Assembly: GCA_964586395.1 (NCBI GenBank)
Contig: CAZPGP010000002.1
Span: forward strand, 26,556-64,040
Direction of reading: 5' to 3'
DNA: 37,485 nucleotides
Source of the DNA: an uncultured Candidatus Saccharibacteria bacterium
Lineage (GTDB): Bacteria > Patescibacteriota > Saccharimonadia > Saccharimonadales > EFPC-124
Shown: positions 27,086 through 36,201 of the stretch, piece by piece
Layout: each line of letters begins with the position of its first letter
Numbering within the stretch: the stretch's first letter is position 1
The notes under the pieces: generated by a model
What the model saw: the letters and a program-made list of their open reading frames with translations, nothing else
Database searches by the model: none
Told to the model about the DNA's origin: nothing
Translations under genes and position numbers: made by a program

Positions 27086-28465
27086 ATGGCACGATTGCCG
27101 CAGCCAGGATCAGATAACGGTGTTTGGGGAAATATCCTCAACGACTTTTTGAATGTCGAGCACAACACCGATGGGTCGCTGAAGCTCCGCACCGACGGTA
27201 CGCTGAACGCCTATTACCAGAAGCCAGGCGGTGGCATTCCTAAATCCGACTTCACTAGTAGTGTCCAGAATTCTCTTGACCCTGTTCTTAACGTAAAGAA
27301 CTATGGCGCCGTCGGGGACGGGTCAAACGATGACACATCCTCTATTCAGGCTGCAATCGACGCCCTGCCAAGTTCAGGCGGAACAGTTCTTATCCCCGCA
27401 GGAACCTATAAAGTCACCTCGACAATCACCATCGACAAAGATAACACCACGCTAAAAGGCGTTGGCGCCGCCTCAACTATCCAGGTTCCAAATACCGCCC
27501 TCGGCATCAACGTTATCCAGGTAGGTAACGGCGCAAGCACACGCGCGCACTGCTCCATCCGCGACCTTCGCATTAACGCGACGGCCCAAAAAACAGCCGG
27601 CGTTGGCATCCACCTTACCAAATGCTTCAAGATTTGGCTCCATAACCTACTAATCGAAAAGCAGTACCGATCACTCCAATACAGCAACACGACCGAAGTT
27701 TGGCTGAATGCGACAGATGTACGTGACTCAAAAGAGCACGGTCTCCTGCTCAGCAATGACCTCATGAGCGGTTTTGACTGGTACATCACCGACTGCGTCT
27801 TCGACAACCCTGATGTTGTTAATATTGGCAGCGGCATTCACTGGGATGGCGGCGAGACACTCGTCATTAGTGGCCTTGACCTCTTAAGATTCAATACTGG
27901 GTTCAACGTCGTGCCTGGCGCTGGGCGTGAATCACGCTTTGGCTTCTTCACCAACATGATTGTCGATACCTGTATCGATAACAACATTCACATCAGCAAC
28001 AGCGGTAGCGGCAACACCGTTGGTCTCAACTTTACTAACTGTTGGTCTGGCACAGCCGGAAACTACGGCGTTCTCATTGATCGCCCAGGCGGCGGCATCG
28101 TCCAAGGCGTGCGCTGGTCAAATAGTAAGATCTTCCACAATGGTCTGGCGGGCCTCCGACTCGCTGGCGGCCAGGATGTCCATATCTCTGATTGCGATAT
28201 TATCGGCAACTCACAAACCTCGTCAGCCTCTCGTCACGGTATCGAAGTCGGTGGTGGCGTAAGCGAATGGTCGGTCCGCGGATGCCGAATTGGTGGCGGC
28301 TATGGCCAGGGTAACACCCAAGGCTACGCTATCCATATCGACAACGGCTCATCTGACCACTACATGATCATCGGCAACGATTGCCACGGCAACAACAACA
28401 CGCCAAAAATCAACGACAACGGCACCGGCGTCAACAAAGTCGTCGACAATAATCTCGAAACCTAA
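27086..28465 (+). CDS. pectate-lyase-3/tailspike-like right-handed beta-helix protein
   Basis: [36 protein letters not shown] motif and Asn/Gly/Ile beta-helix repeats. GGAGGG SD. Native-like GC. Confidence 0.85.
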   Translation: MARLPQPGSDNGVWGNILNDFLNVEHNTDGSLKLRTDGTLNAYYQKPGGGIPKSDFTSSVQNSLDPVLNVKNYGAVGDGSNDDTSSIQAAIDALPSSGGTVLIPAGTYKVTSTITIDKDNTTLKGVGAASTIQVPNTALGINVIQVGNGASTRAHCSIRDLRINATAQKTAGVGIHLTKCFKIWLHNLLIEKQYRSLQYSNTTEVWLNATDVRDSKEHGLLLSNDLMSGFDWYITDCVFDNPDVVNIGSGIHWDGGETLVISGLDLLRFNTGFNVVPGAGRESRFGFFTNMIVDTCIDNNIHISNSGSGNTVGLNFTNCWSGTAGNYGVLIDRPGGGIVQGVRWSNSKIFHNGLAGLRLAGGQDVHISDCDIIGNSQTSSASRHGIEVGGGVSEWSVRGCRIGGGYGQGNTQGYAIHIDNGSSDHYMIIGNDCHGNNNTPKINDNGTGVNKVVDNNLET

Positions 28466-28470
28466 GATAC

Positions 28471-28499
28471 TTGACAAATCGCTAATGTAATTCTAACAT
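28471..28499 (+). promoter_or_regulatory. sigma70-type promoter of 28546..30261
   Basis: TTGACA-17-TAACAT. Shares ACTTGACAAATCG with the promoter at 26559-26571. Confidence 0.65.
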
Positions 28500-28545
28500 T
28501 AGTCTGCCTTTGTCAGTCCACCTTAACAACTAGGGAGGTCACTCT

Positions 28546-30261
28546 ATGGCCGACAATACTCGGCCACCTGCCCAACCTGGCAAGAGACGAGGAAAGCGGG
28601 CCCCGGGATCCGGTTGGTTTCCGGGTCGCAAAAAAGGGCCGTTCCTACCGAAGCTCCCTCGACACTCCGAGACCGCCGTAATGGCCAGGGTGAAACCCGG
28701 CGAATACACGCGGGGTCGTCACCTTGGGTGGCGATTCTTCGTTGCATTCGTGTCTCGGTGGCGTTACGCCGTGTCCTTCTCGCTCGTGCTGGCTGTCTTG
28801 GCAGGACTTGTCGGTTTCGGCATGATCGCGCTGCGAGACGTCAACATCGACAAGGACAGGCCCCCGACGCAAGAAGCGCCCACGCTCGATGAACTCAACA
28901 AGTCCATCGCGCTGGGGCAGCGCTACGTGAAGGCACTGTACAAGCCCCTACCCGGGGAAATGGCAGTCCAGAGCGAAGCATCGGGAGTCCCGCTCAAAGT
29001 CCACTTCACCCGCGATGATACGTGGGCGCTGCTGGGCGAAGAGAAGGAAGCCTGTCCGAATGACGGGGAAGACTGTGAGCCCACAACGCTCATCGACCCC
29101 GTCAACACCGGCAACAACGACGAGCAGTACGACGTGACGTTCAGCAACAACCGGACGCGCGGTGCATTCCGCGCTACGGTCAACATCAATTGGGCCTTCA
29201 GGCCTGATCAGTTCCAGATCCGGCTGCTGCCGAAGAACGTGTCTGAGCCGGTGGAAATCTGGCTCGACGACAAGCAGCTCACCGACTTCTCCCCCACCAA
29301 AAGGGACGAGTCGACCAGCGCCCTCGACACGAGCCAGCAGGCTCAGATGCGCATGCTCCGGTTCACCATCCGGCATGCGACTCAAGAGGCGTACATGTAC
29401 TGGTTGACGTACGGCGACGACCCCAAAAGGGCAGCCGCGTTGGCCAGCTTCCTGGAGCGCAACCGCTACACGCCCGGTTACGACATGCGGGCGCCGCTGT
29501 TCCAGGCGGGTGATCAGTCGGAAAGCTTGCCCTTCAACATGAGCAAGCTGCCCGATGAACTGCCGTTCGACGCCGGCGCGTACCCGGACTGCGACCACGT
29601 CGCTGAGTCCAGCGAGTTCGCATACGCCTACCGGAGCAAGGTGTGCCTCTTCAGGGACACCTACCTCAACGTCGGCGCACGCGACCCGTTCCTGCAAGCG
29701 TGGCAAGCGCTCACAACGCTGGAGAGAGAAAAGAACCCCAACCACGAACTGCCCAACGGCGGCGAGTGGCTTCAGGGGGGCACTCCGGCGGAGATCGCGT
29801 ACCACCTGCAAGGTCAGTGGAACCGTACCGGCTACGGAGTTCCAAAATGCACGCCCTTCTCGTGCAACGAGATGAGCGGCATCAGGACGTCCGTGTTCGG
29901 CGCGCTCCAAACCGACCTGGGGTATCGCTACGGCAACGCCAGTTCCAGGAAGTTCGCCGACGCTGCGGCTGCGATGATCGTCAAAGCTCAAGTCGGCACC
30001 GATGGCAAAGTCCGCATGGCGGATGGCACGTACTACCGACCAAGCCAGGTGGGCGCGTACCTCGCTGCCTGGGACACGGCCGACGCACGATTCGTCGTCC
30101 CGTCTGCACCGAAGTTGGTGGCGGGTATCGCATACTTCGTCACCGGCGAGGAGCCCATCCCCCCGGAGTACCTGGGGATCGTACCGAGCAACTCGGAGAC
30201 GTCCTTCGACGCGCTGGGGTTCCTGCACAAGTACCGCTGCGAGAAGTACAAAGTCTGCTGA
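28546..30261 (+). CDS. large single-TM extracellular Cys-containing hypothetical protein, high-GC orphan class
   Basis: GGGAGG SD, basic cytoplasmic N-terminus, TM near aa 75-97, paired cysteines, high GC3. Confidence 0.8.
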   Translation: MADNTRPPAQPGKRRGKRAPGSGWFPGRKKGPFLPKLPRHSETAVMARVKPGEYTRGRHLGWRFFVAFVSRWRYAVSFSLVLAVLAGLVGFGMIALRDVNIDKDRPPTQEAPTLDELNKSIALGQRYVKALYKPLPGEMAVQSEASGVPLKVHFTRDDTWALLGEEKEACPNDGEDCEPTTLIDPVNTGNNDEQYDVTFSNNRTRGAFRATVNINWAFRPDQFQIRLLPKNVSEPVEIWLDDKQLTDFSPTKRDESTSALDTSQQAQMRMLRFTIRHATQEAYMYWLTYGDDPKRAAALASFLERNRYTPGYDMRAPLFQAGDQSESLPFNMSKLPDELPFDAGAYPDCDHVAESSEFAYAYRSKVCLFRDTYLNVGARDPFLQAWQALTTLEREKNPNHELPNGGEWLQGGTPAEIAYHLQGQWNRTGYGVPKCTPFSCNEMSGIRTSVFGALQTDLGYRYGNASSRKFADAAAAMIVKAQVGTDGKVRMADGTYYRPSQVGAYLAAWDTADARFVVPSAPKLVAGIAYFVTGEEPIPPEYLGIVPSNSETSFDALGFLHKYRCEKYKVC

Positions 30262-30281
30262 GCGGGTGGACGACAAAGGCA

Positions 30282-30352
30282 AACGAAGTGGTGAGCGGCT
30301 CCGTCTTCACAGACGAGCCCTCGCCATTTCGTGAACACCCTACTGAACTTAT
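30282..30352 (+). terminator. bulged hairpin with UCAC tetraloop followed by TGAACTTAT
   Basis: ACGAAGTGGTGAG.GGCTC.CGTCT-TCAC-AGACG.AGCC.CTCGCCATTTCGT with two G-U pairs. Motif at 30344-30352. Confidence 0.65.
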
Positions 30353-32505
30353 ATTCTTTCGAGAGGCGCAAACTCAACGTTGAGCTTCTTGACGCCACGA
30401 CCAGCAAAACTGATTGATACAGTTGAACCATCAATATCGACAATCTGCCCTTGCCCAAAGACCTTGTGGCGAACCATATCTCCAACTTCGAGCTCCATAT
30501 CTTCTGGAACGTAACGGGGCTCACCTGTGTTGACCGGCGCAAACGGCTCAGGTGTGCTATTCATGCCATATCCGAATGCTGGCGCCGCCTGCTCGCGTGC
30601 GCTACCGTCAATCTCCGACAGGAAGCGTGATGGTGGATTGTACTGGACGCTTCCGTACAGCATGCGTCCCGAGGCGTGCGTCAAATATAACTCCTCGCGG
30701 GCGCGGGTCATGCCTACATAACAGAGGCGACGCTCTTCTTCCAACTCGTCCTGATCAAAGAAAGCGCGACTGTGAGGGAAGATGCTCTCTTCGCATCCAA
30801 TCATAAATACAACTGGGAATTCCAAGCCCTTTGCGGCGTGGAGCGTCATTAGCGTCACTGAATCCGCCGCATCGTCCACAGAATCAAGGTCAGATATCAG
30901 CGCAACTTCCTCCAGGAATCCTGCCAGACCTAATGCCTCGTATTCCTTCGCAACCGAAATAAGTTCGCGAACGTTCTGTTGGCGCTCTTCGGCTTGGAGA
31001 CTGCCGTCGTCCAGGTGTTGCTCATATGCGGTGCGACGAATCACAACGTCTATGAGCTCAGGCAAACCGATCTTCTCTACCTGGTTGCTCATGTCTTGCA
31101 GCAATACGCCCAGTACACCAAATGCTGCGCGGGCCTTTGGCGTCAGCGTCGTGCAAAGGTCGATCTGCAACATCGCATCGACTAGCGACAAACCACTCGT
31201 GGCCTGCCAGTCCAGGAATCGCTGCACGCTCACCGCGCCCAGCCCGCGAGCCGGCGTGTTCACAATCCGCAGAAAGCTTGCGCGGTCAGCAGGCTGGTAC
31301 AGCAAGCGCAGATACGCTAGCAAGTCCTTGATCTCCTTGCGGTCATAGAACCGCACGCCGCCCACAATGCGATACGGCACACCGTAGCGGATAAACGCCT
31401 CTTCCATCGCTCGCGACTGCGCGTTGGTGCGATATAGAATGGCGTATTCACGATAACGACGAGCCTTCATGTCGACCGCCGTCTTGATACGACTCACGAC
31501 AAATTCGCCTTCGTGCGCCTCACTCTGCACGCCGACGATCTGGACTGGGCTGCCGTCGTTCGCCTTGGTCCACAGCTTCTTATCGGAGCGATTGGTGTTT
31601 TTGGTGATAACTTTGTGGGCTGCGTCCAAGATATTCTTGGTGCTACGGTAGTTTTGCTCCAATTTGACGACCAGAGCGTTCGGATAGTCACGTTCAAAGT
31701 TCAGGATATTCTTGAAGTCGGCACCGCGCCAACTATAGATGCTCTGCCAGTCATCACCCACTACGCAGATGTTGTGGTCATCGTTCACGAGCATCTTCAC
31801 GAGTTTGTACTGAGCTGCGTTGGTATCCTGATACTCGTCGATCATGACGTAATGGAATTGACGTCGCCACTTGGCGCGAATTTCTGGAACGGTAGAAAGC
31901 ATACGAACCGTCTCGCTAATAAGATCGTCGAAGTCTAATGCTGCGGCGTCCTTGCGAATACGCTCGTACACAGCGTAGACATCGGCCGCGACCTGTTGTT
32001 GCGGCATGCGGGCGACTTCTTTGTATGCGCTGGGCGTCATAAGTTCGTTCTTTGCTGCGCTGATCATGTGCGAGATAGCGTTGGGGCTGTGTTGTTTTTC
32101 GGCAATATGGAGCTCGCGCATAGCGGCTTTGACCGCAGCTTGGCGATCGGATTCATCAAAGATGACGTAGTTTTTGGGCACGCCAATAGACTCACCGTCA
32201 AAACGCAGCAACCGTACACACATACTGTGGAACGTACCCATGAAAGGCATGAATCCGCGGTCGCTACCTTCGCGTCCGAGCAGCCGGCCCAGGCGTTCAC
32301 GCATCTCCTTTGCCGCCTTATTGGTGAAAGTTACGGCCAGAATATTCTCTGGTCGAGTATTCCTGTCAGCAATCAAATAAGCAATGCGGTGCGTCAAAGT
32401 CTTGGTCTTGCCAGAGCCAGCTCCAGCCAAAATCAGCACAGGGCCGTCGGTTCGTTCGGCAGCTTTGCGCTGCTCTTCATTTAGTTCACTCAGTAAATCA
32501 GTCAT
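30349..32505 (-). CDS. pcrA: UvrD/PcrA superfamily 1 DNA helicase
   Basis: AGAGSGKT, TFTNKAA, DEYQDTN, VGDDWQSIYSWRGA, LEQNYRST, TLHAAKGLEF, EEERRLCYVGMTRA, C-terminal Tudor-like domain. Confidence 0.96.
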   Translation of the reverse strand: MTDLLSELNEEQRKAAERTDGPVLILAGAGSGKTKTLTHRIAYLIADRNTRPENILAVTFTNKAAKEMRERLGRLLGREGSDRGFMPFMGTFHSMCVRLLRFDGESIGVPKNYVIFDESDRQAAVKAAMRELHIAEKQHSPNAISHMISAAKNELMTPSAYKEVARMPQQQVAADVYAVYERIRKDAAALDFDDLISETVRMLSTVPEIRAKWRRQFHYVMIDEYQDTNAAQYKLVKMLVNDDHNICVVGDDWQSIYSWRGADFKNILNFERDYPNALVVKLEQNYRSTKNILDAAHKVITKNTNRSDKKLWTKANDGSPVQIVGVQSEAHEGEFVVSRIKTAVDMKARRYREYAILYRTNAQSRAMEEAFIRYGVPYRIVGGVRFYDRKEIKDLLAYLRLLYQPADRASFLRIVNTPARGLGAVSVQRFLDWQATSGLSLVDAMLQIDLCTTLTPKARAAFGVLGVLLQDMSNQVEKIGLPELIDVVIRRTAYEQHLDDGSLQAEERQQNVRELISVAKEYEALGLAGFLEEVALISDLDSVDDAADSVTLMTLHAAKGLEFPVVFMIGCEESIFPHSRAFFDQDELEEERRLCYVGMTRAREELYLTHASGRMLYGSVQYNPPSRFLSEIDGSAREQAAPAFGYGMNSTPEPFAPVNTGEPRYVPEDMELEVGDMVRHKVFGQGQIVDIDGSTVSISFAGRGVKKLNVEFAPLERI

Positions 32506-32618
32506 CTTATCTATTTTAGCCTAAACTAGCCCTGATGAGGGTTGTAATTTATATATTGCTAAAAGTGCATTAATATGATATAAGTAATTAGTCAGTTTTC
32601 CTCCGATTGGAGTTTGCC

Positions 32619-32867
32619 ATGCGCAGAAGCCGTCAAGTCGGGACCATGTTGATCGCAGCAGCAGTGCTCGTCATCGTGGGCCTGGACACCTACTTCGACT
32701 GGAAGTCCGGCGCGTTGAAGGAGCTCGCGGCCAAGTACCCGGCGCTCGTCCCCGACAACCCGTGGCTGGCCTGGGGGTACGCCGCTATCGCGGTCTCCCT
32801 GATCGGGCTCGCCATCTGGTGGCCGTACCGTCGGTTCACGCGGCGCAACCGCCGCAACAACCACTGA
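32619..32867 (+). CDS. small 2-TM protein, high-GC orphan class
   Basis: Promoter TTGCTA-17-TATAAG, GGAG SD, two TM, Arg-rich tail, hairpin ~32884-32920, CGAACTTAT 32928-32936. Confidence 0.75.
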   Translation: MRRSRQVGTMLIAAAVLVIVGLDTYFDWKSGALKELAAKYPALVPDNPWLAWGYAAIAVSLIGLAIWWPYRRFTRRNRRNNH

Positions 32868-32936
32868 CGGGCAAGAAAGCGACCGGAGGGCCTTGAGCCG
32901 CACTATGGCTCGGCCCTCCGCGAGCAACGAACTTAT

Positions 32937-34112
32937 CTATTTCTGTACAAAGTAAACGTAGGCAAAGTAGCCTGCGACCGCGATCAACGCCAACGCAACA
33001 AGCGCAACAAAAATCTTGCCCCACATGCTTCCGCCGCCGCGGTGTTCATGGCTGGTCGATTCCACGAGTGGCGGGTGGTATTCCTTGGTGTCAAATACAG
33101 GGCGGGTCGTCTTGTCCGTAGTTTTTGGCTCCGGTCGGTATTGGTCAGGGATGGCCATCATGGCGGCGCCATGGAGATCGGGCTTGGCAGGCTCTTTGTC
33201 GTCAGACTTTTCGCCTTCCTTGGGAGCAAGCGGTGCTTTCTGCTTTTCCTTCTCAGGCTCTTCGAATGTGCCGTTGGCTTGCGGCGTCAGCTCGTCGGCG
33301 GAGTCTTCGGTTTTTTCCTCAACAGGTTTTGGAGGTTCTGGCTTTGGCTCATCTGCGGGTTTTGGTCTGAAATTAGAGAATGCACCAAGCGGCCGCTTCT
33401 CTACCTTAGCTTCGGCCAGGAATGGCGATACTGGCTCTGTCGATTCAGGTTCAGCGTCGGCTGTCTTGGCTGGCTTGCTCGGAACATCGTTGAAATCAAG
33501 CGGGTCCGGCCAAGCAACATCTTCGCCTGACTTCTTGTCATCTTCAGCTTGCTCTGGTGCTGGTTGCGACTCGGCTGGCTTAGGCTCTGCCGGGGTTTCG
33601 GGCCTTGGCTCAGCAACAGGCGTCGATGTTTTTGGCGCAATGTCGAGATCGAGTTTCAGACTACTCAGATCAGGAAGGCCAGGCTCTTCTGGCTCAGCCT
33701 TTGTTGCTGCCACTACCGGCACCTCAGGGATGATCTCATCACGCTTACTAACGGGCTGAACAGATACGCCCACACGAGTAGCCGACTTGCGTGGAGCGGG
33801 AGGTACGATGTCCATGAATGATCCGCGACGGGACCGAGTATCGCCTAGACGGTGCTTGGTAGGGGTGCTCGCCGACCTAATAGCAGGGGCTTCGGACGGG
33901 GCGGTCGGCGTTGAGGCGACAGGTTCTGGCTTTGGCTCGTTAGCAACCGGCTCCGCGATAACCGGCGCGGACTTAGCTTCGACAGGCACGGATGACGGCG
34001 TTGTGGTGTTTACCTTGGGCGCAGGTGACTGAGCCGATGCTGGCTCGCCTGGCACCTTGGTCGCGAGGTTAGTCACGGCTTTGTCTAGTTCTTCAAAATC
34101 AAAATCATTCAT
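32937..34112 (-). CDS. Pro/Glu-rich disordered protein with C-terminal TM anchor
   Basis: 391 aa low-complexity sequence with short motifs (DFEELDKAV, SPFLAEAKVEKRPLG, FDTKEYH) and a terminal hydrophobic helix. Confidence 0.75.
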   Translation of the reverse strand: MNDFDFEELDKAVTNLATKVPGEPASAQSPAPKVNTTTPSSVPVEAKSAPVIAEPVANEPKPEPVASTPTAPSEAPAIRSASTPTKHRLGDTRSRRGSFMDIVPPAPRKSATRVGVSVQPVSKRDEIIPEVPVVAATKAEPEEPGLPDLSSLKLDLDIAPKTSTPVAEPRPETPAEPKPAESQPAPEQAEDDKKSGEDVAWPDPLDFNDVPSKPAKTADAEPESTEPVSPFLAEAKVEKRPLGAFSNFRPKPADEPKPEPPKPVEEKTEDSADELTPQANGTFEEPEKEKQKAPLAPKEGEKSDDKEPAKPDLHGAAMMAIPDQYRPEPKTTDKTTRPVFDTKEYHPPLVESTSHEHRGGGSMWGKIFVALVALALIAVAGYFAYVYFVQK

Positions 34113-34118
34113 CTAAAT

Positions 34119-34895
34119 TCAATTATCCTTTGCCGTTTCTAAACCATGGGCGCTGTCGATGATGGCGCTAAAGACCTTGGCCTTCAGGCTTGCACCGCCA
34201 ACCAAAAGTCCGTCAATGCCTTCGGCACTCACAAATGAGCCCGAGTTCGAAGTGTCGACGCTACCCCCGTAAAGCACGCGAACCGTTTCGGCGGCTTTAT
34301 CGCCAAAGAGCGCGCGAACGTGTTTGCGAATGAGCTTCACAACCTTTACGGCGTCAGCAACAACAGCGGATTCGCCGGTGCCGATAGCCCAGACTGGCTC
34401 GTAGGCAATCACCACGTCTTGAATCTCGTCACTACTGATATTGCGAAGTCCGGCAACAACTTGGTCGTGGATGACATGCGCTGTCTCACCTTCGTTCCGT
34501 TCGTGCTTGGTCTCGCCAACACACAGAATCGGCTTCATGCCATTACGAAGTACTGCTTGAACTTTGTTGGCGACATCCTTGTTGGTCTCGCCAAAGATAT
34601 GACGTCGCTCTGAGTGGCCGACGATAACATAGCTCACCAGACCTCGCATCTGCGTAGCCGAGACCTCGCCAGTGAACGCACCTGCGTCTTCGAAGTAACA
34701 GTTCTGAGCGCCGAGTCGGAACTTGCGATGATTTACCTGGAGCGACAGAGACTGCAAGCCCAGAAGGTTCGGACACAGAACGACATCAACATCGCGATAG
34801 CTCGGCGCCTGCTCCTCGAGCTTGTGCAAATAGAGACTCGCCTGACCGGTCGTAAAATGCATCTTCCAGTTACCGACAATCAGTTTTTTGGACAT
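34119..34895 (-). CDS. tpiA: triosephosphate isomerase
   Basis: GNWKMH, GAFTGEVS, GHSERR, AYEPVWAIGTG, LYGGSV, LVGGASL. Confidence 0.97.
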   Translation of the reverse strand: MSKKLIVGNWKMHFTTGQASLYLHKLEEQAPSYRDVDVVLCPNLLGLQSLSLQVNHRKFRLGAQNCYFEDAGAFTGEVSATQMRGLVSYVIVGHSERRHIFGETNKDVANKVQAVLRNGMKPILCVGETKHERNEGETAHVIHDQVVAGLRNISSDEIQDVVIAYEPVWAIGTGESAVVADAVKVVKLIRKHVRALFGDKAAETVRVLYGGSVDTSNSGSFVSAEGIDGLLVGGASLKAKVFSAIIDSAHGLETAKDN

Positions 34896-34971
34896 CAACG
34901 CTGCTCACCCGATTTATTCTTATGCTTTAATCCTACTATGTTTTGGCGTCGCTGACTAGATGGCGGCCTCT

Positions 34972-36201
34972 TTAGCTGTCCATGAGCGCCTCGACGCCCG
35001 GAAGTCGTTCGCCTGCCATCAGGTCGAGACTGGCGCTGCCGCCTGTCGAAACGTGACCAAAACTGCCACCCTTCTTGGGGTCCCAGTGCAAAGCAAAGTC
35101 AACAGTGTCGCCGCCGCCCACAATAGTCATGGCCTCCGCTTGGCGTTTTGCCATCGCATCGGCCAGATAGGCAGAGCCACTGCTAAACGCCTCCTTCTCG
35201 GTCACGCCCATCGTGCCGCTCCAGACGATCGTGCCAGCGTTGGCCAATAATTCCACGGCGTGGCTGATGGTGCGCGTGCCAATATCGACGATATATTCGT
35301 CTGGAGTTACCTCCGGCACACCCACAACCGTTCGACGCTGCTGCTCGCTCTCGATGTCGGTAGTCACCGCAACATCGACAGGCAGAAAAATAAATTCATC
35401 CACCGAACGCTTGCCCGAGACCTTACTCAGTGCGCGAGCATAAATATGCTGCAATGTTTCGGACTCATCATCGTCGTGCTTGCTCTTGCCGATCTCGTGG
35501 CCCTTGTACTGCAAAAAGGTGTTTGCCAGGGCGCCGCCGATAATAATCTGGTCGGCCATATCCACGAAACGCTCCAGGACTTTGATCTTGTCGCTTACTT
35601 TTGCTCCGCCCACGATAGCAACCATTGGCCGCTTCGGATTCTCCATCGCCGCCATGATAGTCGTGACTTCACGCTGAAGTAGAAGTCCAGAAACGCTCGG
35701 CAAATGATGCGTAATTGCCTCTGTACTGGCGTGCGCGCGGTGCACCACGCCAAAACCGTCCTGCACAAAATACTTCGCGCCCGTATCGGTCATAAGCCGC
35801 TGCGCAAAGGCGTCGTCGTTGGCCTCTTCCTCGGGGTGGAAACGCAAATTCTCCAAAAGCACTACCTGGCCGCTGCCCATATTCTTAACCGCCTGGACAA
35901 CGCGGTCGCCCACGCATTCTGGCACAAAGGCCACGTGCTCACCCAGTAGATCACTGAGACGTTCAGCCACAGGCGCCAAGCTAAGCCCTGGATTTGGCTG
36001 ACCTTCTGGTCGCCCAAGGTGTGAACAGATCACAATCTGACAGCCGCGTTGGCGAAGTTCCTGTATTGTCGGCAATGATTGTGAAATACGGTAATCGTCG
36101 GCGACTTTCCCGTTCTCGAGCGGCACGTTGTAGTCAGCTCTCAGCAAAACGCGCTGACCATCCAAAGGCACATCCAAAATTGTTTTCTTGTAAAATGACA
36201 T
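34972..36201 (-). CDS. pgk: phosphoglycerate kinase
   Basis: RADYNVP, SHLGRP, LLENLRF, HRAHAS, GGAKVSDK, VGGGD, STGGSASL. Confidence 0.97.
   Translation of the reverse strand: MSFYKKTILDVPLDGQRVLLRADYNVPLENGKVADDYRISQSLPTIQELRQRGCQIVICSHLGRPEGQPNPGLSLAPVAERLSDLLGEHVAFVPECVGDRVVQAVKNMGSGQVVLLENLRFHPEEEANDDAFAQRLMTDTGAKYFVQDGFGVVHRAHASTEAITHHLPSVSGLLLQREVTTIMAAMENPKRPMVAIVGGAKVSDKIKVLERFVDMADQIIIGGALANTFLQYKGHEIGKSKHDDDESETLQHIYARALSKVSGKRSVDEFIFLPVDVAVTTDIESEQQRRTVVGVPEVTPDEYIVDIGTRTISHAVELLANAGTIVWSGTMGVTEKEAFSSGSAYLADAMAKRQAEAMTIVGGGDTVDFALHWDPKKGGSFGHVSTGGSASLDLMAGERLPGVEALMDS

Noticed and set aside
28948-30282. 444-aa minus-strand ORF
   Set aside because: It is the mirror frame of the high-GC3 gene 28546-30261, which has the promoter, SD and 3' hairpin.
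670-32920. Integron attC interpretation of the bulged hairpins
   Set aside because: No consistent RYYYAAC/GTTRRRY boxes, no integrase in the window, genes dispersed in both orientations with their own promoters, and G-U pairs point to RNA structure.
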